A stretch of 64,000 nucleotides of DNA. Origin: Polaromonas sp. UBA4122 (GTDB lineage: Bacteria > Pseudomonadota > Gammaproteobacteria > Burkholderiales > Burkholderiaceae_C). Under the pieces are notes generated by a model. It was not told where the DNA came from, searched no databases, and saw only the letters and a program-made list of their open reading frames with translations. The stretch lies in the NCBI RefSeq assembly GCF_002381615.1, contig NZ_DFWY01000078.1:21268-85267 (forward strand), given 5' to 3'. Positions 39,870-48,156 of this stretch are shown here, in pieces. A program made the translations under genes and the position numbers. The first letter of the stretch is position 1, and the number at the start of each line of letters is the position of its first letter.

Positions 39870-40694
39870 ATGTCCGAAGTCTCCAAGCCCACCAGCCCAG
39901 CGATTGAGCTCATCAATGTGAGCCGACGCTTTCTCACCCCCGACGGCAAGTCAATGACAGCGCTGCGGGATTTCAATATGACGGTTGCCCGTGGCGAATT
40001 CGTCGCTGTCGTGGGCCCCACGGGCTGCGGCAAGTCGACCACGCTCAATCTGGTCACCGGCCTGACCAAACCGTCCAGCGGCGAAGTACGCGTGATGGGT
40101 GGGCCCGTGACGGGCATCGATCCCGGCATCGGCTTTGTCTTTCAGACAGACGCCCTGTTTCCATGGCGCAGCGTCATTGACAACGTCGTGGCCGGCCCGC
40201 TCTTTCGTGGCGTACCCGAAAGTCAAGCCTACGCAAGTGCACGGCAATGGCTCGCCCGCGTCAATCTTTCCGATCACGAATCGAAATATCCGCACCAGCT
40301 CTCGGGGGGAATGCGCAAGCGGGTCTCACTCGCCCAGACCTTTATCAATGAACCACAGATTCTGCTGATGGATGAGCCCTTTTCCGCGCTGGACGTGCAA
40401 ACCCGCGTCCTGATGCATGAAGAACTATTGCGCCTCTGGTCCCAGGCCAAGGCATCCGTGGTTTTTGTCACCCATGATCTTGAGGAGGCCATCGCCCTGG
40501 CCGACAAGGTGTACGTCCTGACGGCCGGCCCGGCAACGGTGAAGTCGGTGTACGCCATTGACATTCCACGGCCCCGTGTTGTAAGCGAGATTCGTTACGA
40601 CAAGGCCTTTATTGACATTGCGCACACCATCTGGGAAGACCTGCGTGATGAGGTGCAGCGCGGCGCAGCGCGCCAAGAAGCCCTTGTGGCCTGA
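39870..40694 (+). CDS. NitT/TauT-family ABC ATP-binding protein
   Basis: GPTGCGKST, LSGGM, LLMDEPFSALD. Confidence 0.95.
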   Translation: MSEVSKPTSPAIELINVSRRFLTPDGKSMTALRDFNMTVARGEFVAVVGPTGCGKSTTLNLVTGLTKPSSGEVRVMGGPVTGIDPGIGFVFQTDALFPWRSVIDNVVAGPLFRGVPESQAYASARQWLARVNLSDHESKYPHQLSGGMRKRVSLAQTFINEPQILLMDEPFSALDVQTRVLMHEELLRLWSQAKASVVFVTHDLEEAIALADKVYVLTAGPATVKSVYAIDIPRPRVVSEIRYDKAFIDIAHTIWEDLRDEVQRGAARQEALVA

Positions 40695-40705
40695 GGAAAT
40701 ACGCC

Positions 40706-41581
40706 ATGACCGATACAACACTCCTTCCCGGCATCCTGTTCCAGCCCGGCACGTCTGATGCGGAAATCGAAGCCGCCGCCGTGCGTGCCGCGCGCAAACG
40801 AAACCAGACCGTTTACTTCTGGCGGTATTTCATCCTGGTGGTGTTCTTGGGTGGATGGGAATTGTTGGCCAGTACCAAGCTGATAGATGAATTCTTTTTT
40901 TCCAAGCCTTCCGCCATCGTCTTTCGACTCTATGAATGGATCACCGAAGGCACCTCGGAAGGACCCCTCTGGTTCCACCTGTGGGTGACCATGGAAGAAT
41001 CGCTGCTCGGATTCTTCACCGGAGCCTTTGGCGGGATCGTCGCCGGCATAGCACTCGGCCGCAACCGCATGCTGTCCGATATTTTTTCGGTCTATATCAA
41101 GGTAATCAACTCGGTGCCGCGGGTCGTCCTGGCGCCAATCTTCATCATGCTGTTCGGCTTGGGACTGACGTCGAAAGTAGCGCTGTCGTTTGTGATGGTT
41201 TTCTTCGTTGTCTTTTCCAACGCCTTCCAGGGTGTGCGCGAAGCGGACCGTAACCTGCTGGCCAATGCGCAAATTTTGGGCGCCAAGGACTGGCAGCTCA
41301 CCCGCGCCGTCATTATTCCCTCCGCCATGAGCTGGATTTTTGCCTCGCTGCACGTGAGCTTCGGCTTTGCCATCGTGGGCGCCATTGTGGGCGAATTTGT
41401 GGGCGCACGCTACGGCATCGGTCTGCTTATCAATGTTGCCAAGGGTTCGTTTGACGCCGCTGGCATGTATGCAGCCATCGTCATCATCATGGTGGTTGCG
41501 CTCGCAGCGGAATATTCGATGACCCTGATCGAAAATCGTCTGGCCAAATGGCGACCTGCTCCCTTGCAAGACACCCAATGA
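40706..41581 (+). CDS. NitT/TauT-family ABC permease
   Basis: NSVPRVVLAP, AIVGAIVGEF. Confidence 0.93.
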   Translation: MTDTTLLPGILFQPGTSDAEIEAAAVRAARKRNQTVYFWRYFILVVFLGGWELLASTKLIDEFFFSKPSAIVFRLYEWITEGTSEGPLWFHLWVTMEESLLGFFTGAFGGIVAGIALGRNRMLSDIFSVYIKVINSVPRVVLAPIFIMLFGLGLTSKVALSFVMVFFVVFSNAFQGVREADRNLLANAQILGAKDWQLTRAVIIPSAMSWIFASLHVSFGFAIVGAIVGEFVGARYGIGLLINVAKGSFDAAGMYAAIVIIMVVALAAEYSMTLIENRLAKWRPAPLQDTQ

Positions 41582-41611
41582 CACCGCAGGAACCACGGAC
41601 AGGCTTGTTTT

Positions 41612-41647
41612 AAAACCCGGTCGTTGAGCATACGACGCTCAACGACC
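41612..41647 (-). terminator. hairpin terminator, probably of qor
   Basis: 11-bp perfect stem GGTCGTTGAGC/GCTCAACGACC followed by GGGTTTT on the minus strand. Confidence 0.6.
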
Positions 41648-41732
41648 GCCCTCCTTGAGCAGAATACCCCAGGAGCGCGTTTTATCCAAACAGGACTGGA
41701 CAGACCGGCAACACGGTGCAAATCATGCGCCG

Positions 41733-42728
41733 TTAAAGCGTGAGGATGGTGCAACCCGTGGTTTTACGGGCTTCAAGGGCACGATGGGCTTCGGCCACAT
41801 CGGCCAGAGCAAAGCGCTGGTCGATGCGAATGCTCACCTTGCCGCTGGTGACCATATCAAACAGCTCATCGGCCATCTCCTGCGTGGATTCTCGCGTGGT
41901 GATGTGGCTGAACAGCGTCTGGCGCGTCAGGTAGAGTGAGCCTTTGGTGCCCAGGATGCCGGGCGAGAATGGCGCGACCGGGCCAGAGGCATTGCCAAAA
42001 CTCGCCATCAGGCCGAGGGGGCGCAGGCAATCAAGCGAACGGTCAAAGGTGTCCTTGCCTACCGAGTCATACACCACCTTGACGCCTTGGCCGCCGGTAA
42101 TTTCCTTCACGCGCGCCACAAAATCCTCTTTCGCATAGTTGATGACAAAGGCCGCACCATGCGCCTTGGCCAGTGCACATTTCTCATCAGAACCCGCGGT
42201 GCCGATCAGCTGCAGGCCCATGGCCTTGGCCCATTGGCAGGCGATCAGACCCACGCCGCCAGCGGCCGCGTGAAACAGCACAAAGTCGCCTTCCTTCAGC
42301 CCGCCCTGCGGCTGCGTGCGGCGCAGCAGGTATTGCGCGGTAAGGCCCTTGAGCATCATGGCCGCGCCCGTCTCAAACGAAATCGCATCCGGCAGCTTGC
42401 ACACGCACTTGGCGGGCATCACGCGCACCTCGCAGTAGCTACCCGGTGGCTGGCTGGCATATGCGGCGCGGTCGCCCGCTTTGAGGTGCGTCACGCCCGC
42501 CCCTACGGCTTCGACCACGCCCGACGCTTCCATGCCCAACTGCAGCGGCATGGGCAGCGGGTACAAGCCGCTGCGCTGGTAGACATCAATGAAGTTCAGG
42601 CCTATGGCCTTGTGACGAATGCGAATCTCGCCGGGGCCGGGCTCGCCCACCTGCACCTCGACGATCTTGAGTTCTTCGGGGCCACCGTGCTGGTCAATGC
42701 GCACGGCTTTGGAGATGATGGGGGTCAT
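41733..42728 (-). CDS. qor: NADPH:quinone oxidoreductase
   Basis: GLNFIDVYQRSG, HAAAGGVG, YDSVGKDTF. Confidence 0.92.
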   Translation of the reverse strand: MTPIISKAVRIDQHGGPEELKIVEVQVGEPGPGEIRIRHKAIGLNFIDVYQRSGLYPLPMPLQLGMEASGVVEAVGAGVTHLKAGDRAAYASQPPGSYCEVRVMPAKCVCKLPDAISFETGAAMMLKGLTAQYLLRRTQPQGGLKEGDFVLFHAAAGGVGLIACQWAKAMGLQLIGTAGSDEKCALAKAHGAAFVINYAKEDFVARVKEITGGQGVKVVYDSVGKDTFDRSLDCLRPLGLMASFGNASGPVAPFSPGILGTKGSLYLTRQTLFSHITTRESTQEMADELFDMVTSGKVSIRIDQRFALADVAEAHRALEARKTTGCTILTL

Positions 42729-42746
42729 GATGGGTTTCCTTGTAGT

Positions 42747-42805
42747 TTGTCGGTTGTCGGTTGTCGGTTGTCGGTTGTCGGTGAATCAGTGAATCAGTGA
42801 ATCGA
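42747..42805. repeat. compound tandem repeat (TTGTCGG)x5 plus (TGAATCAG)x2-3
   Basis: Counted directly: five exact 7-mers at 42747-42781, then TGAATCAG TGAATCAG TGAATCGA. Confidence 0.95.
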
Positions 42806-42928
42806 TGAAATTGAACAGTAAGAGCGACTGGCCGTCATGGTGCCATGAATCGAATTAAGCTGCTGTTGCCAAGGGCTGAAAGGTGGCCCGCAGCGCGGAT
42901 TCATGGGCGACTTGGTAAAGTCCCGGGC

Positions 42929-43828
42929 ATGAAACAACGCCTGACACCCGCCACCGCCCTGCTATTGGTGGTTCCTCCTTTACTCTGGGCGGGCAACGCG
43001 GTAGTGGGCCGCCTCGTCACTGGGCTGGTTCCGCCCATGACGCTTAATTTTCTGCGCTGGGCGCTGGCTTTTGTGATTCTTTTGCCACTGGCCCACCGGG
43101 TACTGCGGCCGGGCAGCGCCATGTGGCCGAACTGGAAGCGCTTTGCATTGCTGGGTTTGCTGGGCGTGGGCTGCTACAACGCCCTGCAATACCTGGCACT
43201 GAAAACGTCCACCCCGCTCAACGTGACGCTGGTGGCGTCCAGTGTACCGGTCTGGATGCTCGCGGTCGGAGGGCTCTGCTTCGGCCAGCGCGTTTCACGC
43301 CAGCAGATCGCCGGGGCTTTGCTATCGATTGCCGGCGTGCTCGTGGTGCTGTCACGAGGCCAGTGGGCCATGCTGGCAGAAGTCCGGCTGGTGCCTGGCG
43401 ATATCTATGTGCTGGTGGCGACCCTGGCCTGGGCGTTTTACAGCTGGCTGCTGTCGCAACCTAAGGAGCCGCCCGAAATCCGCCAGGACTGGGCCGCCTT
43501 CCTGATGGCGCAAATTGTCTTTGGCTTGGGCTGGTCCGGTTTATTTGCAGGCAGCGAATGGGCGCTGACGGATGCGCACATCACATGGGGCTGGCCATTA
43601 GCTGCAGCCTTGCTGTTTATCGCCGTCGGCCCCGCGGTGATCGCCTACCGCTGCTGGGGCATGGGCGTGCAGCGCGTCGGACCGGCCATCGCCGGCTTTT
43701 TCTCCAACCTCACACCGTTGTTTGCAGCCCTGCTGTCAGCGGCCTTCCTGGGGGAATTGCCGCATCTTTACCACGCGCTGGCGTTTGTGCTGATTGTGGG
43801 CGGGATTGTGGTGTCATCGCGGCGGTGA
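42929..43828 (+). CDS. EamA/DMT-family transporter
   Basis: LLWAGNAVVGR, FSNLTPLF; ATG at 42929. Confidence 0.92.
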   Translation: MKQRLTPATALLLVVPPLLWAGNAVVGRLVTGLVPPMTLNFLRWALAFVILLPLAHRVLRPGSAMWPNWKRFALLGLLGVGCYNALQYLALKTSTPLNVTLVASSVPVWMLAVGGLCFGQRVSRQQIAGALLSIAGVLVVLSRGQWAMLAEVRLVPGDIYVLVATLAWAFYSWLLSQPKEPPEIRQDWAAFLMAQIVFGLGWSGLFAGSEWALTDAHITWGWPLAAALLFIAVGPAVIAYRCWGMGVQRVGPAIAGFFSNLTPLFAALLSAAFLGELPHLYHALAFVLIVGGIVVSSRR

Positions 43829-43859
43829 ATAGCCTGCACGCTTGCCACTGCACGCGTCG

Positions 43860-44246
43860 CTATGTCTGCCCATCCAGACCGAACTGCTGCCTGAACGCGG
43901 CGCAGAACCCGCTGGTGCCGCTGATCGACAGGGTCACCGTGTGCCGCGGCCTGCCGACCGGCCCGATGTGCACCGAGAACCGGCGCGCGGAGGCGTCGTA
44001 CTCGATGTGCTGCGGGGCCGTGAACTCCTGCTGGCCCTGCAGGTCGAAGTCCCAGTCTCCCCCCTCGCCCAACGGCCCACGGATGCCCACAAACATCGTG
44101 TAGGCCCAGTCCAGCACCTGGACGATCTCGTCCTGCACGGCAGCCACCTGCTCCGGCCAGGTCGAGGTCATCGCGTCGAAAGTGCCGATGCCGTCGGTGT
44201 CCTCGCTGTAGTCGAAGTCCAGGTAGTTGAGGTGGTAAATGCTCAT
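43860..44246 (-). CDS. hypothetical acidic protein
   Basis: High-GC3 ORF (YLDFDYSED..GTFDAM..LSISG) directly after the SDR; function unknown. Confidence 0.7.
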   Translation of the reverse strand: MSIYHLNYLDFDYSEDTDGIGTFDAMTSTWPEQVAAVQDEIVQVLDWAYTMFVGIRGPLGEGGDWDFDLQGQQEFTAPQHIEYDASARRFSVHIGPVGRPRHTVTLSISGTSGFCAAFRQQFGLDGQT

Positions 44247-44263
44247 GAGACAGGCATGCCCGC

Positions 44264-45058
44264 TCAATAGGTACCGGGATACGTCCCGCCATCAGCCAAC
44301 ACGTTCTGACCAGTCATGTAACCGGCCTGCATGCTGCACAGGAAAGCACAAATGGCGCCGAACTCTTCGGGTGTGCCAAAACGCCGGGCGGGGATTTTTT
44401 TGCGGCGCGCATCCATGACGGCATCAAGCGACTGTCCGGTTTTTTGAGCTGCGCCGCTCATGGTGACTCTCAGGCGATCCGTATCAAACGCGCCCGGCAG
44501 CAAGTTGTTGAGCGTAACCCCCTGAGAAGCGAGCTTGCTGCGCGCCACACCGGCGACAAAGCCCGTCAGGCCGCTGCGCGCGCCGTTGCTCAGACCCAGA
44601 ATGTCGATCGGTGCCTTGACGGCGCTGGAGGTGATGTTGACGACACGGCCAAAACCGCGTGCCGCCATGCCGTCCACGGTGGCCTTGATCAGTTCGATCG
44701 GTGTCAGCATGTTGGCGTCCAACGCCTTGATCCACGCGTCCCGGTCCCAGTCGCGGAAATCGCCAGGCGGCGGGCCGCCCGCGTTGGTGACCACGATGTC
44801 GAAGTCCTTGCGCACCGCAAAGACGGCGGCGCGGCCTTCCACCGTGGTGATGTCCGCCGAAACAAATTGGACGCTAGCGCTTGCGGGACGGGCGTTGTCA
44901 GCTATCAATTTCGCAGCAGCAGCGTGTAAAACCTCGGCGCCCCGCGCCACGATCAGCACATGGACGCCCTCGCGCACCAGCGCCTGCGCGCAGCCGAGGC
45001 CCAACCCTTTGCTGGCACCGCACACCAGCGCCCATTTTCCGGCAATACCTAAATCCAT
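44264..45058 (-). CDS. short-chain dehydrogenase/reductase
   Basis: GASKGLG, NAGGPPPG, LSNGARSG, YMTGQNV; ATG at 45058. Confidence 0.93.
   Translation of the reverse strand: MDLGIAGKWALVCGASKGLGLGCAQALVREGVHVLIVARGAEVLHAAAAKLIADNARPASASVQFVSADITTVEGRAAVFAVRKDFDIVVTNAGGPPPGDFRDWDRDAWIKALDANMLTPIELIKATVDGMAARGFGRVVNITSSAVKAPIDILGLSNGARSGLTGFVAGVARSKLASQGVTLNNLLPGAFDTDRLRVTMSGAAQKTGQSLDAVMDARRKKIPARRFGTPEEFGAICAFLCSMQAGYMTGQNVLADGGTYPGTY
44864..44917 (-). repeat. family A repeat inside SDR
   Basis: Reverse complement GCTGC-GAAATTG-ATAGC-TGACAACGCCCGTCCCGCAAGCGCTAGCGTCCAATTT; encodes AAKLIADNARPASASVQF. Confidence 0.75.
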
Positions 45059-45112
45059 ACGATATCCTTGATGAAAAAAATTAACGGGAAAGAGTAAGTG
45101 CCACAATTTTTC

Positions 45113-45282
45113 GAGGGGCCGCCCCTGGAAAAATTAATGCCCTAGGGGGGCAGCATATTACATGCAGTGAAAAGCGTAGGGGCGAGCGAACGCAGCGCCA
45201 GGCCGCCCCAAGCAAGTTCAGACCCCTCGGGAGGCATCCTTCGACAAGCTCAGGACGAACGGAGACACGAGAGCGTGGGGGC
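45113..45282 (-). repeat. two family B repeats (45113-45182, 45192-45282), the second with a nested REP-like hairpin (45237-45262)
   Basis: Both retain CCCC(T/C)ACGCT...GCC(C/T)CCC.AGGG...GGGGCGGCC; the second contains TCCTTCGACAAGCTCAGGACGAACGG. Confidence 0.85.
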
Positions 45283-45290
45283 AACATTCC

Positions 45291-46232
45291 CTAACGGCCC
45301 GCTCTGGTAAACACAAAAATTCCGGCGATCACCAGCACTGTACCCGCGGCCAGCCAGGCGGTGAAAGGTTCGCCCAAAATAACCACCCCCATCAGGATGG
45401 TGGACATGGGGCCCACCATGCCGGTCTGCGCGGCCAGGCTGGCACCAATACGCTCGATCGCCATCATCACCATCAGCACGGGCGCGGCCGTGCACAAGGT
45501 GGCGTTGAGAACGGACAGCCAGATCACCTCAGGCGCGACTAGAGCAGCGCTCAGGGGCCTGAGCACCACGAACTGCAGGATGCAGAGCAGGCAAGCAACG
45601 GTAGTTGCCAGTCCCACCAGCCGCAAGGAGCCCAGACGCCCGACCATTTCGCCGCTGTAAACCAGGTAAACCGCATAGCTGACCGCGCTCAGGAAGACCA
45701 GCAGCGCACCCCAGGCCGCATCGGCGCCTTGCAGCGTGATCTCGTGGCCAAATACCAGCACCACCCCGCAGTAGCTGATGGCCATGCCGATGATCTGCCG
45801 CGCCCTCACGCGTCGCTGGTACAGCCCCAGCCCCAGCAGCAAGACCACCGTGGGATTGAGGTACAGAATCAGGCGCTCCAGCGAGGCGCTGATGTATGCC
45901 AACCCGGCAAAGTCCAGAAAGCTGGCCAGGTAGTAGCCGGTGAATCCGAGCCAGAGCACCCCCAGCCAGTCTTTGCGCGTGAGAGGTGCTTTGCCCCGGC
46001 TGGCCCACCAGGCCATCATGGCAAAAAACGGCAGCGCAAACAGCATGCGGTACATGATCAGCGTGACGGCATCGACGCCGTAGCGGTAAGCCAGCTTGAC
46101 GATGATCGCCTTGCCACTGAACGCAATCGCCCCGAAGGTGGCGAGCAGCAAGCCTGGCGCTATGCTTTTTGTAGCTGCTTGTTCCCGTCCCTCCTGGGCT
46201 ATAGGTACTTTTTGTTCTGAACTATTGCTCAA
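45291..46232 (-). CDS. EamA/DMT-family transporter
   Basis: FSGKAIIVKLAY, GYYLASFLDF, LGEPFT. Confidence 0.92.
   Translation of the reverse strand: MSNSSEQKVPIAQEGREQAATKSIAPGLLLATFGAIAFSGKAIIVKLAYRYGVDAVTLIMYRMLFALPFFAMMAWWASRGKAPLTRKDWLGVLWLGFTGYYLASFLDFAGLAYISASLERLILYLNPTVVLLLGLGLYQRRVRARQIIGMAISYCGVVLVFGHEITLQGADAAWGALLVFLSAVSYAVYLVYSGEMVGRLGSLRLVGLATTVACLLCILQFVVLRPLSAALVAPEVIWLSVLNATLCTAAPVLMVMMAIERIGASLAAQTGMVGPMSTILMGVVILGEPFTAWLAAGTVLVIAGIFVFTRAGR
46159..46221 (+). repeat. family A repeat forming the EamA N-terminus
   Basis: GCTAT-GCTTTTT-GTAGC-TGCTTGTTCCCGTCCCTCCTGGGCTATAGGTACTTTTTGTTCTGAA; encodes SEQKVPIAQEGREQAATKSIA. Confidence 0.85.
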
Positions 46233-46241
46233 GATGTATTC

Positions 46242-47852
46242 TTAAAAACCCACGGCCTGCCCATCACGACGGGCGTCGCTCGCCGCCACGTAGCCTTCGA
46301 CTTTGGGGTTGCCGGCGCGCCAGATGAACTGGCCGGCGCCAAAGTCCTGGTAGGAGTCGTTGATGACTTCGACCCGGTGGCCGCGGTCTGCCAGGCCTTG
46401 TAGCGCCTGCGGGTTCATTGCGGCTTCGACGTTGATCTCCAAGCCAGCGTTGTAGCGCCAGCGCGGCGCGTCGCAGGCCACCTGCGGGCTCTGGCGGTAG
46501 TCCAGCATGCGCACCAGCGTCTGCATGTGGCCCTGCGGCTGCATGTTGGCACCCATCACGCCGTAGCTCATCACGGGCTGGCCGTCTTTGCTAAGGAAGG
46601 CCGGGATGATGGTGTGAAAAGGACGCTTGCCCGGTGCAACCTGGTTGGCACCGGCCTGCAGGCTGAAGCCATGGCCGCGGTTTTGCAGGCTGATGCCAAA
46701 TTCGGGCTCGACACAACCCGAGCCAAAGCCCATGTAGTTGCTCTGGATGAAGCTCACCATCATGCCGTCCTCGTCCGCCGCAGTCAGGTAAATCGTGCCG
46801 CCCTTGACCGGATTGCCCGCCCCGAAATCCTGCGCCTTGTTCATGTCTATGAGTTTGGCGCGCGTTGCGAGGTAGGCGTCATCGAGCATTTGCGCGGGTG
46901 TCACCTCCATGGACGAGGGCTCGGCGACATATTTATAGACATCGGCAAACGCCAGCTTCATGGCTTCGATCTGCACATGCTGGGAATCCACGCCATCGAC
47001 CGGCAGACCCGCCACGTCGAATTGATCCAGAATGCCCAGCGCAATCAGCGCTGCAATGCCCTGGCCATTGGGGGGAATCTCGTGCAGGGTGTAGCCGCGG
47101 TAGTCTTTGGCGATGGGCTGGACCCACTCGGGCTGGTAGGCCTCAAAATCCCTGGCGGTGATGCTGCCGCCGTTTTGCGCAGAAAATCTTTCAATGGCCT
47201 GGGCGATGGCGCCGCCGTAATACGCGGCGCCTTTGCTCTCTGCAATGGCCCTCAGCGCTTTGGCCGCGGCCTTGCACTGGAACAGTTCACCCACCTTGGG
47301 CGCCCGGCCCCAGGGCAAGAAGGCCCCGGCAAACCCGGGCTGCGATTGCAGTTCAGCCGTAGCGGCGGCCCACTTCTGCTGCACCACGATCGGCAGCAGG
47401 TAGCCGCGCTCGGCAATTTCAATGGCGGGCTCCATCAGGTCGGCGAACGGCAGCTTGCCAAAGCGCTCACTCAGTGCAACCCAGCTGCCCACGGCACCCG
47501 GCACCGTCACGGCATCCATGCCGCGTTTGGGTGGCGTGCGGGCCTCCGCGCCGTATTTGCGCTTGAAGTACTCGGGCGTCCAGCTCTGCGGTGCGCGCCC
47601 CGATGCGTTCAGCCCGTGGAGCTCCTTGCCATCCCACAAAATGCAGAAGGCATCGCTGCCCAAGCCGTTGCTGACCGGCTCGACGATGGTCATGGCCGCC
47701 GCCGCCGCTATTGCCGCGTCTACCGCATTGCCGCCCTTGAGCATCATGCGCAAGCCGGCCTGCGCCCCCAGCGGGTGGGAGGTGGACACGACATTGCGGG
47801 CAAACAGGGGAAGTCGGGTGGAGGGGTAAGGATTGCTGAAGTTGAAGTTCAT
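46242..47852 (-). CDS. ggt: gamma-glutamyltransferase family Ntn hydrolase (no signal peptide)
   Basis: GGNAVDAAIA, GTIYL (nucleophile Thr), PGKRPFHTIIP, GANMQPQGH. Confidence 0.93.
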   Translation of the reverse strand: MNFNFSNPYPSTRLPLFARNVVSTSHPLGAQAGLRMMLKGGNAVDAAIAAAAAMTIVEPVSNGLGSDAFCILWDGKELHGLNASGRAPQSWTPEYFKRKYGAEARTPPKRGMDAVTVPGAVGSWVALSERFGKLPFADLMEPAIEIAERGYLLPIVVQQKWAAATAELQSQPGFAGAFLPWGRAPKVGELFQCKAAAKALRAIAESKGAAYYGGAIAQAIERFSAQNGGSITARDFEAYQPEWVQPIAKDYRGYTLHEIPPNGQGIAALIALGILDQFDVAGLPVDGVDSQHVQIEAMKLAFADVYKYVAEPSSMEVTPAQMLDDAYLATRAKLIDMNKAQDFGAGNPVKGGTIYLTAADEDGMMVSFIQSNYMGFGSGCVEPEFGISLQNRGHGFSLQAGANQVAPGKRPFHTIIPAFLSKDGQPVMSYGVMGANMQPQGHMQTLVRMLDYRQSPQVACDAPRWRYNAGLEINVEAAMNPQALQGLADRGHRVEVINDSYQDFGAGQFIWRAGNPKVEGYVAASDARRDGQAVGF

Positions 47853-47862
47853 GGGTGACCTG

Positions 47863-47958
47863 TCAAAGTCGGTTGAGATACGGCTGGGCAGCTGCCGGCA
47901 GGAGCAGCGACAGAGACGAGCCTGCCAGCAGCAGGCTCAAGAGATGTCCAGGTTTCAT
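47863..47958 (-). pseudogene. 31-codon signal-peptide-like gene remnant
   Basis: MKPGHLLSLLLAGSSLSLLLPAAAQPYLNRL*: Sec-type signal peptide followed almost at once by a stop. Confidence 0.35.
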
Positions 47959-48107
47959 CGGATTCCAGGTTTCTTGGGTTTGCTGTTCAACGATTTTGCG
48001 GTGCAGCTTGCGCATGGACCACCACACCATGCAAAACCTCGTTGCTGCCATTGTGACGCACGGAAGTTACCGCACGGCTATGGACGCCCCATGGCGCTGA
48101 CGCCATG

Positions 48108-48130
48108 AAAAACGGCACCCGAAAGTGCCA
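48108..48130 (-). terminator. terminator after tctA
   Basis: On the minus strand TGGCAC-tttcgg-GTGCC-GTTTTT. Confidence 0.6.
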
Positions 48131-48156
48131 TTGAGAACCCAGGTGGCAGCCTATGT

